Below, piece after piece: positions 39,583 to 48,734 of a stretch of 64,000 nucleotides of DNA (the first letter of the stretch is position 1; the number at the start of each line of letters is the position of its first letter). The notes beneath the pieces are model-generated. The model saw only the letters and a list, made by a program, of their open reading frames with translations. It was not told the DNA's origin and ran no database searches. Made by a program: the position numbers and the translations under genes. This stretch comes from Bdellovibrionales bacterium. GTDB taxonomy: Bacteria; Bdellovibrionota; Bdellovibrionia; Bdellovibrionales; JAUICD01. The DNA lies in assembly GCA_965262715.1 (NCBI GenBank), contig OZ253553.1, positions 2,528,001 through 2,592,000 on the forward strand, read 5' to 3'.

Positions 39583-41356
39583 CTGTAATGGCTCTAATTT
39601 TAGATTGGAGTTGATCTTTTTCTTGTCTACCAGTTTCAATCTCATAAGCTTTTTTATACATCTCAAGAGCTTTACTTAGCAAGTTATTCTTATAATAAGC
39701 ATCTCCTAGATGTTCTGCAATAACGCTTTCATTAGATTGTATTTTATATGCAGACTCAAGCAGTTTAATAGAATCTGATACCTGACCTTTTTTAAAGATA
39801 ACCCAACCTAGTGTATCTTTAATATACCCATCATTAGGTTTTAGTTCTATTGCTTGTCTTGCTAGTTTTTCAGCTTCATCAAGTTGTTCATTCATTTCAG
39901 CGTAAGTATAAGCCAAGTAATTCAAAGCTTCAACATGCTGAGGGTTCAGGGAAAGAACATGTTTCATTATTCTTATTGTTTCTTTTTTCTGTCCCACTTT
40001 ATCATAAAGAGAGCCTAAGATAAAATGTAATTGCTCTTCTTTTGGAAACTTTTTGATAGCTGAGTTAAGAAAAGTAATAGCTTTGCCATATTGTTGAGAG
40101 TCATCAAGTAGAGAGGCATAGACAATAGAAAGTTTAGAGCTTTGAGGACTTGAATCCGTTGCACCTTCTAAAATTTGAATGGCTTTTTGAGATTTTCCTT
40201 GTTTGTTTTCTAAATAAGCTGCATATATACGAGATTCATCATGGTAAGGACTTGATTTAGGAACACTTAAAAAAGCCTTGATGGCTTTTGGATATTGCTC
40301 TATTTCCTCATAAATAGCACCTATATAAAAATGTATACGAGCTGCTCCTGCTTGAGGCTTTTTGTTAAGTATATCTTGTAATTTACTTAAGGCTTCCTTG
40401 TATTTTTTTTGTTTTATCAAAATAAAAGCCATACGTGTCTGCATTTCAATATTACTAGGACTAAAAGCTGAAATAATTTCATATTGTAAATAGGCACTAT
40501 TGTAATCCTGTTGATACAGATAAATTCTGCTCAAATAGAGTGCTATTTGTTCATCTGGACCAAACTTTTTGTTAAAAGATTGTAAAAGCTCTATAGCTTC
40601 TGTAGATTTATTTGTTTGTTCATACAACTTAGTCAAAGCAATTGTTGCTTGTTTAAAATCCTCTTGAATTTTTAAAGCTTTTTTATAGTACTTTTCTGCT
40701 TCAACAAAGTTTTGTTTTCCTTGTTGCATGTAGCCTAAGTAGTAATAAGCCGTATGCTTATGTTGATCTGAGTTTTTAATGAAATTTTGAAGAATTTCTA
40801 TCGCTTCTTTCTCTTTTTCTTTTTGTTGCATAATAGTAAGAGCTAGTTGGAGATAAAGTTCTAAGCTATCTTTATCTTTAGCAGAATAATGACTAAGAGT
40901 TTGGCGATATTGCTCTTCAGCTTGCTTATAAATACCTAAAGACATGTAGATTGTCCCTAAAAAAATAGTAGCTTTTTGATTTTTGGGATCAATTTCCAGA
41001 ACAGTATTAGCAGAAGCAATAGATTTTGTGATATCACCATCTCTAAGATGTAGCTGCGCTAACTTTAGATGCACCAAAGTAGATTTAGAATCATAAACTA
41101 ATGTTTTTTTAAGCTCTTCAATAGCCTTCTTAGTATTGTTTGAAGCACTATAAATCTCTGATAGAGTAAAGTGATAGTCAGCTTTACTCTTGTTATCAAT
41201 GGAAGTTGAAGAAAGCAAAGATATATCTGTTATCTGTCCATCAGTAGTTTTTTTTTTTGAAGAAATAGATGTATCATCTTCATGAGAGTTTTTAGGCAAA
41301 GAAGAACAAGCTACTGTCAATAAACTTAAAATAAGTATCATTATTTTATCAAACAC
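39530..41356 (-). CDS. Tetratricopeptide-repeat lipoprotein
   Basis: Lipobox TVAC, many TPR units, ALNYLAYTYAE, YIKDTLGWV, EHLGDAY, C-terminal RTPAS. Confidence 0.9.
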   Translation of the reverse strand: MFDKIMILILSLLTVACSSLPKNSHEDDTSISSKKKTTDGQITDISLLSSTSIDNKSKADYHFTLSEIYSASNNTKKAIEELKKTLVYDSKSTLVHLKLAQLHLRDGDITKSIASANTVLEIDPKNQKATIFLGTIYMSLGIYKQAEEQYRQTLSHYSAKDKDSLELYLQLALTIMQQKEKEKEAIEILQNFIKNSDQHKHTAYYYLGYMQQGKQNFVEAEKYYKKALKIQEDFKQATIALTKLYEQTNKSTEAIELLQSFNKKFGPDEQIALYLSRIYLYQQDYNSAYLQYEIISAFSPSNIEMQTRMAFILIKQKKYKEALSKLQDILNKKPQAGAARIHFYIGAIYEEIEQYPKAIKAFLSVPKSSPYHDESRIYAAYLENKQGKSQKAIQILEGATDSSPQSSKLSIVYASLLDDSQQYGKAITFLNSAIKKFPKEEQLHFILGSLYDKVGQKKETIRIMKHVLSLNPQHVEALNYLAYTYAEMNEQLDEAEKLARQAIELKPNDGYIKDTLGWVIFKKGQVSDSIKLLESAYKIQSNESVIAEHLGDAYYKNNLLSKALEMYKKAYEIETGRQEKDQLQSKIRAITDVVEERTPASHKCSSTP

Positions 41357-41376
41357 AAAAAAACTCCCTTAAAGTT

Positions 41377-41404
41377 ATTTCGGCAGCATTCCTCTTTGTC
41401 TTTA
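41377..41404 (-). promoter_or_regulatory. Possible sigma28 (FliA) promoter for the TPR gene
   Basis: Minus strand TAAA-N16-GCCGAAAT about 20 nt upstream of the start codon; the spacer is 1 nt longer than consensus. Confidence 0.4.
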
Positions 41405-41458
41405 CAATGAAATGTCTAACTTAAAGGCTAGTTTTCTCTATTAATTCATAGAAGAAAG

Positions 41459-41491
41459 AAAAAAAGCCAGGCGGAGGGGGACGCCTGGCTT
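41459..41491 (-). terminator. Intrinsic terminator hairpin with a C-rich loop
   Basis: Minus strand AAGCCAGGCG-TCCCCCTC-CGCCTGGCTT followed by a T run. Confidence 0.85.
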
Positions 41492-41590
41492 GAAAATAGG
41501 TTAGGGTTTTTAATGTGAGAGCTTCTACTGTGTCTATTTGTTCAAATAAAATTCATAAAGGCTTACACTAATTAGAGCGTCTCGCATATA
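41459..41590 (-). ncRNA. Candidate sigma54-dependent small RNA (about 130 nt)
   Basis: Bounded by a -24/-12 promoter and a terminator with no substantial ORF between them. Confidence 0.55.
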
Positions 41591-41600
41591 AATATAAAGA

Positions 41601-41616
41601 AGCAAAATTAATGCCA
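41601..41616 (-). promoter_or_regulatory. Sigma54 -24/-12 promoter
   Basis: Minus strand TGGCATTAATTTTGCT (GG-N10-GC). Confidence 0.7.
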
Positions 41617-42017
41617 CCTTCAATCTGGTGCTATTTTGCAAAAATACCTAATTTATAAGCACTTCACCTCAAATAAAGATTTTTAGAATCGATTTAAGAG
41701 ACAAAAAAAAGCCACCAGTGACAAAAATTATCTTTATTTGATTTAAAAATATGATTCTCATTATCATGATTTTTATTATCCTTCGATTGATTGCGTTTTA
41801 ATTTCAAAAAGAGCTCTTATTTGTCACTAGTGTTTAACTCACCGATCTCTTTTTAAAAATAAAGAAGATACGCTTAACCTATTGAAATTATAGAAATAAT
41901 TTCTAATTCTGTTATCTGAAAAGAATAAAAACGTATCTACAGCTTTTACCTACTTAATATATCTTAGACAAAAAATACTTTGTATTTTCAGTATATTAGA
42001 CTGCTTGTCATCAAAAA

Positions 42018-42033
42018 TGGCACATATTTTGTA
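42018..42033 (+). promoter_or_regulatory. Possible sigma54 promoter for the vWA lipoprotein gene
   Basis: TGGCACATATTTTGTA: perfect -24 box, GT variant at -12, 60 nt before the ATG. Confidence 0.5.
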
Positions 42034-42092
42034 TTAACTATATTTAGAAGAAATTAAATAAATTAAATTAATGAAAACGGAGTGAGTGTTTT

Positions 42093-43235
42093 ATGTTAAG
42101 TATAAATAATAGATTACAAAGAAATAAAAGAAACCTAGCGACAATCCACATTTTTGTCATTTTTCTATTAAGTTCATTCTTTACTGGTTTTATCACAGGT
42201 TGTAAAGGAGCAACGTTTTCAACAGGTTCTGACAATCATTCTACATATCATCCTACTAATCCTCCTACTACCACTCCTACTACTCCTCTTCCTACGACAC
42301 CTGTTGTGACTACAAATAATGGATATGAACAATATAAAGACTCTTTAGTAATTCCTATAGAAATAACAAAATTAGATGTTATAATTTGTGTTGATAATTC
42401 TACTTCTATGTCTCAAGAGCAAAGCCGTTTAGGCGCTGGTTTTGACAGCTTTACTCGTGCACTAATAGCAAGTAACCTTGATTATCAGCTTGGTTTTATA
42501 GCATCAGATATGTCAGGTACTGGCCCAACTCAAGATGGAAATTTACTGCCAATTGGTAGAAATACCAACAATGGCTATATATTAGCATCAGGAGATACAA
42601 ATCAAGCTTATAACTTCCGAAGAACAATTGAGCGACCTGAGACAGGCAGTTCAGATGAAAGATGTATTTATGCTGTTATCACAGCATTACAAAAGAATCA
42701 GCATGGTATGATAAGAAGTGATGCGGACTTAGCTATTGTGATTATCAGTGATGAAGACTCACGTGGTGAAGGAGGTACTCACGGCAGGCCTTTAATCAGT
42801 GGAAAAGATTATGGAACAGATCTAGTGACAGAAGCAGCTAGGATAAAAGGTAATAAAAAAGTGACAATAGGCGCAATTATTGTGAAGCCTGGATCTAATG
42901 ATAGCTGTTTATATGAACAACAAGCTCAGGGCGAAGATGCAGACCCTCATTATGGAATACAATATCAAGCAGCAGCTGATGCAACAAATGGTGTAGTTGG
43001 CAGTATCTGTGATACAAATTACAATTATCACTTAGAGCAAATGTCTCAAAAACTTGTAAGTACAGAAGTATCTATTGATCTACAATGTGTACCTGAGCAA
43101 ACTGAAGAAAGACCAGTTATTGTTGAAGGCTTTTCACAAAGTAGCTATAGTGTAAGTGGTTCTTCCATTGTGTTTAATTCTCCAATCACACAAGGAGATA
43201 AAATCAACTACAGTTATTGGTGCAGATTAAACTAA
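42093..43235 (+). CDS. Lipoprotein with a vWA-like domain
   Basis: Lipobox ITGC, Thr/Pro linker, MIDAS-like LDVIICVDNSTSM, IVIISDED. Confidence 0.8.
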   Translation: MLSINNRLQRNKRNLATIHIFVIFLLSSFFTGFITGCKGATFSTGSDNHSTYHPTNPPTTTPTTPLPTTPVVTTNNGYEQYKDSLVIPIEITKLDVIICVDNSTSMSQEQSRLGAGFDSFTRALIASNLDYQLGFIASDMSGTGPTQDGNLLPIGRNTNNGYILASGDTNQAYNFRRTIERPETGSSDERCIYAVITALQKNQHGMIRSDADLAIVIISDEDSRGEGGTHGRPLISGKDYGTDLVTEAARIKGNKKVTIGAIIVKPGSNDSCLYEQQAQGEDADPHYGIQYQAAADATNGVVGSICDTNYNYHLEQMSQKLVSTEVSIDLQCVPEQTEERPVIVEGFSQSSYSVSGSSIVFNSPITQGDKINYSYWCRLN

Positions 43236-43250
43236 TTGATAAGTGTTAAA

Positions 43251-44333
43251 TTAAAAGCCGTACATCAAGCCAATTTTAGCACTTATAAAATGGACTTGAG
43301 CGGTACTTGAAGAAGAAAGAGAAAAGTTATAATCTGCCTGAGCAGCTAAATACATATTTTTTGAAATTATCACATTAACACCTACTATACCTGCAATACT
43401 TCCCATTGTCTTCATTTCCTTAATAGCATAATTCTTTATTGTATTTATAACAAAGTAAGTACCAACCCCAAGTCCCACTAGGGGTTGTATCATTTCAGTG
43501 CCTCCAGGGATGTAATATTGCAGCTGTATACTTAGTCCATACAGATCAACTCTCAATTCACAATCTCTTTCTATACCCGATTGAATTATATCTCCATCAT
43601 CATAACATTCTCTTGGTCCATCATATATTTTATGACTGTCTTGAGATTTAGCAGAAAAACGTTTCCAACCTGTAAAAATACGTACACCTAACATATCCAT
43701 AAAATCATAATCTAAAACTATATTCGCATTAAAACTTAAACCACTAGCTGTCACATTCTTTCTTGGTAGCTCTCCACCTGATCCTTCATAACGATTTGGA
43801 AATTTTAATTTAAGAATATCAAAATCAATACCTCCCAGCAATCCGATAGCAAACTTTTTCCTTTGTGAAGTCGTTGAATAAGCATAAGAGGTATTATCAG
43901 TTTCTTCTGTTTGTCTTTTTATATTTTTATTATTATCAACAAAGTCTGTTTCATCACTACCATTATCATCATCAATGAAATCTTCTTCAACCCCATAGTT
44001 GTCATAACTGTCTTCATTCTCTTCATTATAAATTTCATCATCTGAAGCTGCGGCTCTATTGTTATTGACCTGAGAAACTGGATCACCTTTTTTTACACGA
44101 CCTTTGATAATCTCTGCCAATGCAAAAGAAGAGGCAGCATTAACTTTTTTGATTTTCATACTTACATCATTTGCTGAACCTGAGACGAGTATATCTCCCG
44201 GCTGAACGTTTGTGCCTTTAAGCTCGATGATAGCTTGCTTGCTGTTAGCTTTAAAAACCTCTGCTGCAAACATATTATAGGAACAAAAAAAAATGATAAC
44301 CCCAATAATAAAGTGGTTTTTATAATTTAACAT
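43251..44333 (-). CDS. Secreted protein with a C-terminal outer-membrane beta-barrel
   Basis: Signal peptide, acidic linker, amphipathic strands, terminal GLMYGF. Confidence 0.75.
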   Translation of the reverse strand: MLNYKNHFIIGVIIFFCSYNMFAAEVFKANSKQAIIELKGTNVQPGDILVSGSANDVSMKIKKVNAASSFALAEIIKGRVKKGDPVSQVNNNRAAASDDEIYNEENEDSYDNYGVEEDFIDDDNGSDETDFVDNNKNIKRQTEETDNTSYAYSTTSQRKKFAIGLLGGIDFDILKLKFPNRYEGSGGELPRKNVTASGLSFNANIVLDYDFMDMLGVRIFTGWKRFSAKSQDSHKIYDGPRECYDDGDIIQSGIERDCELRVDLYGLSIQLQYYIPGGTEMIQPLVGLGVGTYFVINTIKNYAIKEMKTMGSIAGIVGVNVIISKNMYLAAQADYNFSLSSSSTAQVHFISAKIGLMYGF

Positions 44334-44672
44334 AGGTGCTCTTTTACTTAACTTTAGTCTATTTGCTGATTATTATTAACCTTTATCAAAATAATAATAT
44401 CTTAATTTAAACTTATAAGAAGTAGAAGCTTCAAGGAAAATAACCTAAAACCCTTAAGATCAAAACTAAAGAAGTAAGAACTTATAGATAATCTATTTTA
44501 AAGTTTGTATTAGGAGAGGCTATCTTACAAAATAGTTTTGCTGCACAAACACAACCTGATTTTTTTTGGCTCATGACATCTTAAGCAGTTAATGTTTATA
44601 ATTCATCACCACTAGTTAAGCCTTCTCAAAAATCTTGTTTGTCCTACAAATAAAGTAAAACTCAAATAAGAC

Positions 44673-44768
44673 TTAAGTATTTTGACATAGTTTATATAAA
44701 TAAGCTCCTAATTGATCTGCCTGTTTTGCTAAGTCAACATGGCCTATCATATTCAATATCGCTTGAGC
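44673..44768 (-). pseudogene. 3' fragment of a four-helix-bundle gene (inverted copy of 38811-38906)
   Basis: Reverse complement is nearly identical to 38811-38906. Confidence 0.85.
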
Positions 44769-44916
44769 TGTTTCACTCAAAATAAACCAACCTCTGGTTG
44801 TTTTCTAGCAATGACTGCGACGGCTAACGCCCTCGATAAATAAGTCATTGCCTAGAAAACCTGTTCATTTTGAGTAAATAGATACTTTTCATTTTTTTAT
44901 ACTATGTTAGGGAAAT
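44769..44916 (+). repeat. Structured palindromic repeat family, copy F
   Basis: ACTCAAAATAAAC/GTTCATTTTGAGT outer stem; GCAATGACT/AGTCATTGC stem; tail ACTATGTTAGGGAAA. Confidence 0.88.
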
Positions 44917-45206
44917 CAATTAAACTTATTTAAAGCTCATTACCCTGAGGTCAGACTCGTGAGGCGAGCCTCTCAAGGCAAGCCTCTTCTCATTCTTATC
45001 ATTGTTGTTTAAAACCAATATATAGTGCTCTCAAATAGAAGAATTGAACTTGAATGGTAATGATAAGTTTTAAATTTTTGCACCTAATTTGTTTCTCTAA
45101 AAATGGCCAGAGTTAAGGACTGTGTTGTTTTTTAGAAAAACAAGGGGAAAAATCTTTGGAGCAACGATTTGGGTGATTGTGTAAGAGGAGGAGGTAGTAA
45201 AAGGAA

Positions 45207-45397
45207 ATTTTCCTTAACATGATGTAAAAAAATGAGGAGGTCCTCTCTACTAAAATGTATCATTCTTTCTAAGCAGTCAGTTTTTTACTGAAGGGGATAC
45301 ATCCCGTTGCGTAAGCCTTCATGCTGACTGCCAGAAAGTAGCCAGAGGCTTGCCTCGAGAGGCTCGCCTCGAGAGGCTGGTCTGTTTTTAGGGAATC
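45207..45397 (-). repeat. Structured palindromic repeat family, copy G
   Basis: Reverse complement has two GCCTCTCGAGGC units, GCAGTCAG/CTGACTGC stem, TGAAGG/CCTTCA stem with an enlarged loop, and tail CATCATGTTAAGGAAA. Confidence 0.85.
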
Positions 45398-45460
45398 AGT
45401 ACCTATTTATCGTGAAAAGATATAAGGTGATTATTCGTACGTAGGGGATAAATTGCATAT

Positions 45461-46024
45461 TTACCTACAAAACGTTGTGCCATTTCTACCAACCACAGTC
45501 TGCCTAGAAAAACAACCAGACCTTTCATTTAACTCACGAAGACGATTTCTAGTATCTATGTTATTATTAATAACATAGGTTGGGGTTGGATAGGGAGAAT
45601 TGTTTAAAGTATTCTCAGGAATTATTCCATTGTTAATAGGATAAGACTCTGCACCGAAGTCCATTAATGCAGATATCACAGCAGGACTTGCTCCTGCATC
45701 TTCAGCTATATCAAGTGGCCTATCTCCTGTTTCAAAGTCACAAGGATCGTTAGATCTAATGAAATGATGAAGACCTGAAGGAAAAAAGTAATCAAAAGTA
45801 TCATTAGCAAACCTTCTTAATTCTGCATCTACATCTTGGGCAGTGGCTTCTCTCAGCCACGAAGGATTACAAACAGTTGCTGATTTTTCTTCTTCTAGTC
45901 GATTTCGTCGCATCTCAGCTAACAGATCTACTCCAATGCTATCAATACGCACTTGAGAAACTGCATCAACACTCATAAAACTTACTAATAAAAGAGAATA
46001 TATAACACGATAATACTTCTTCAT
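45461..46024 (-). CDS. Hypothetical secreted protein with one ankyrin-like segment
   Basis: Signal peptide; RBS GGAGG; GDRPLDIAEDAGASPAVISALMDFGA. Confidence 0.65.
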   Translation of the reverse strand: MKKYYRVIYSLLLVSFMSVDAVSQVRIDSIGVDLLAEMRRNRLEEEKSATVCNPSWLREATAQDVDAELRRFANDTFDYFFPSGLHHFIRSNDPCDFETGDRPLDIAEDAGASPAVISALMDFGAESYPINNGIIPENTLNNSPYPTPTYVINNNIDTRNRLRELNERSGCFSRQTVVGRNGTTFCR

Positions 46025-46323
46025 TTGGTTCTACCTCCTTCTTCTTGTGATAGATAAAAATAAGATTAAAGTCAATTATGTTATAAGTTTCAGTTAAAAC
46101 AAATGTTATGTTCTTATATTGACTATAATACTTTTTTATACTACAAATGATGTATCTTATAACAATTTGTCATTATTAAGTTTTTGACAAAATATAAATT
46201 TGAATAAACAACATTTAGAAAGAAGTAATTATTTTGCGAGAGTTTTTATAAGTTATAAAACCATGTAATAAATACAGGGTTTTTATGTAAGATTTACAAT
46301 CTTGATATACATGGACTTGATCA

Positions 46324-47052
46324 ATGCGACAGGTACCTTTAAAAAACCTACAAAAACTGAAAGCTTTTTCTTGTTATGGATTAGTTGGCCAAGGCCGTTT
46401 AGCTAAACACTTAAGTTACTATTTAAAACTACTCAATCTTCCTTATATAAAGTGGTCCCGTAATTCAAAGAATGATCTTTATAAGATGTTCAAAAGCTGC
46501 TCTCATATCTTACTTCCAATTACTGATAGTGCAATTGAACCTTTTATCAGGTCCCATCAAGAGTTTTTATCCGAAAAAATCTGTATACATTTTTCGGGAG
46601 CCTTATTTACACCTCTCGCTATTGGCACTCACCCTCTCATGACTTTTGCTCAGGAACTTTATAATGGAGAAATTTACAAACAAATACACTTTGTTATAGA
46701 TTCCCAACATCCATTTAAAGAAATCCTTCCAGGTTTTCCTAACTCTTATAGTGTCATTTCACCTTCTCAAAAGGCCAAGTATCATGCCTTATGTGTGATG
46801 TCAGGCAATTTTTCTTCTCTTCTATGGCAAATTTTTTTCAAAGAGATGAAAGACTTTGGAATTTCTAAATCACATACACTTCCTTATCTGCAACAAACAT
46901 TTAACAATATTGCTCATTTAGAAGACAGCCTTACCGGCCCTCTAGAGCGCAGAGATGAGCAAACAATACATGCAAATCTTGAGGCATTAAAAGAAAATCC
47001 TTCACTTTATGATATTTATCAATCTTTTATGAAACTAAAGGAGCTAAAATGA
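46324..47052 (+). CDS. Rossmann-like/DUF2520 protein, PanG-type ketopantoate reductase candidate
   Basis: VGQGRLA, IHFSGA, HPLMTF, YHALCVMSGNF, LTGPLERRD; first gene of the pan operon. Confidence 0.8.
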   Translation: MRQVPLKNLQKLKAFSCYGLVGQGRLAKHLSYYLKLLNLPYIKWSRNSKNDLYKMFKSCSHILLPITDSAIEPFIRSHQEFLSEKICIHFSGALFTPLAIGTHPLMTFAQELYNGEIYKQIHFVIDSQHPFKEILPGFPNSYSVISPSQKAKYHALCVMSGNFSSLLWQIFFKEMKDFGISKSHTLPYLQQTFNNIAHLEDSLTGPLERRDEQTIHANLEALKENPSLYDIYQSFMKLKELK

Positions 47053-47837
47053 GTCCATTTATTTTTAGAGAGAAAAAACAAAAAAAACATAAAATCTCTA
47101 TGGTGACTTGTTATGATACATGGTCTGCAAAAATCTTGAGCAAAACTGACATCGATATTCTGTTAGTTGGAGATAGCCTTGCCATGGTTGTCTATGGCCA
47201 TGATTCAACGCTTCCTGTAAATATCTCGACAATGGCTCTGCACACAGAGGCTGTTAAAAAAGGAGCTAATCAAAAGTTTATTACAGTAGATATGCCTTTT
47301 ATGAGCCTCCACAAGAGTTTAAGTATTGCAATGCAAAACATAGAATGTCTTATGAAAGCAGGCGCAAATGCCATTAAAATAGAAGGAGCTTTTGGGAATG
47401 AAAAAGTCATTCAAAGAGCTTTACAAGCTGGTGTACCTGTTATGGGACATCTAGGTCTTACACCACAATCAATTAATCAATTAGGTGGTTTTAAAGTTCA
47501 AGGAAAAACTTCTAATGAAAAAGATGATATTATAAAGCAGGCAAAACTTCTAGAAGGTTTAGGGTGTTTTGCTATTGTTTTAGAATGTATTCCACATTCT
47601 TTAGCGAAAGAGATTACCTCAATACTAAAAATTCCAACTATTGGTATAGGAGCAGGTATAGATGTTGATGGTCAAGTGCTTGTTCTGCAAGATCTTCTAG
47701 GAATGGATGAATCTTTTGCCCCTAAATATTTAAGAAAGTATCTTAATGGACATAGTTTACTAACAAAAGCTATTTCTCAATTTGACAAAGATGTGAAAAA
47801 TGGAAAATATCCTAATGAAAAAGAAAGATATGATTAA
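47049..47837 (+). CDS. panB: 3-methyl-2-oxobutanoate hydroxymethyltransferase
   Basis: LLVGDSLAMV, DMPFMS, KIEG, GHLGLTPQS, IGIGAG..DGQVLV. Confidence 0.97.
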   Translation: MSPFIFREKKQKKHKISMVTCYDTWSAKILSKTDIDILLVGDSLAMVVYGHDSTLPVNISTMALHTEAVKKGANQKFITVDMPFMSLHKSLSIAMQNIECLMKAGANAIKIEGAFGNEKVIQRALQAGVPVMGHLGLTPQSINQLGGFKVQGKTSNEKDDIIKQAKLLEGLGCFAIVLECIPHSLAKEITSILKIPTIGIGAGIDVDGQVLVLQDLLGMDESFAPKYLRKYLNGHSLLTKAISQFDKDVKNGKYPNEKERYD

Positions 47838-47948
47838 AAGGAGAGTGCTCTATAAATGTTAATAATTTAATAGTTGCTAGTTTTGTCTCTCTAACAAGCC
47901 TCTGAGAATCAGGCAGACTGGCAACCTGAGAAATAGGAATGTATATCA

Positions 47949-48734
47949 ATGACGAAGATTTTGAAAACTCCTTATGATGTAGAATGTTGGAAAAATAATA
48001 TCCATAGAAATAAAGACAAAAAATCTCTTGGTTTTGTTCCAACAATGGGTGCTCTTCACGAGGGACATTTGTCTCTAGTTAGAAGATCTTTATTAGAAAA
48101 TGAACATACAATAGTTAGTATCTTTTTAAATCAAAAGCAATTTGAAAATATAGAGGATTTTAAGAAATACCCTTCAAATCTAAGTGCAGATATCCACAAG
48201 CTAAAAGAGTTACAAGTTGATGCCATTTTTACTCCTAATGAAAAAGACATTTACCCAGATGATTATAAATATATTATGACAGAAACTGATTTAAGCAAGA
48301 TTCTTTGTGGACGTTTTAGAAAAGGTCATTTTAATGGTGTACTCACCATTATACTTAAGCTTTTTAATATTGTAGAACCTTCTAAAGCTTATTTTGGAGA
48401 GAAAGATTATCAACAATTAGAACTGATAAAAGGACTTATTGACGCATTTTTTTTGAAAATACAAATTATGAGTTGTCCTACTGTACGTGAAAAATCAGGA
48501 CTTGCATTGAGTTCTCGAAATGCGCTTCTTTCTTCAGAGAATAGAAACCATGCATCTGAGTTTTTTAGAATTTTAAAATCTCACCTTAAAGCAAAAGAAG
48601 TGATAGAGCAGCTCAAAAATAAGAATTTTAAAGTTGACTATATCGAAGATAAGGGTGATAGAAGATATGGGGCTGTTTTTTATGAAAATGTGAGGTTAAT
48701 TGACAATGTTAAAATCTCAGAAAACAAAAAATAA
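47949..48734 (+). CDS. panC: Pantoate--beta-alanine ligase
   Basis: GFVPTMGALHEGH, GHFNGV, FGEKDYQQ, GLALSSRN, VRLIDN. Confidence 0.97.
   Translation: MTKILKTPYDVECWKNNIHRNKDKKSLGFVPTMGALHEGHLSLVRRSLLENEHTIVSIFLNQKQFENIEDFKKYPSNLSADIHKLKELQVDAIFTPNEKDIYPDDYKYIMTETDLSKILCGRFRKGHFNGVLTIILKLFNIVEPSKAYFGEKDYQQLELIKGLIDAFFLKIQIMSCPTVREKSGLALSSRNALLSSENRNHASEFFRILKSHLKAKEVIEQLKNKNFKVDYIEDKGDRRYGAVFYENVRLIDNVKISENKK

Noticed and set aside
41626..41640. Plus-strand TGGTGCTATTTTGCA as a sigma54 promoter
   Set aside because: GG-to-GC spacing is 9 rather than the required 10
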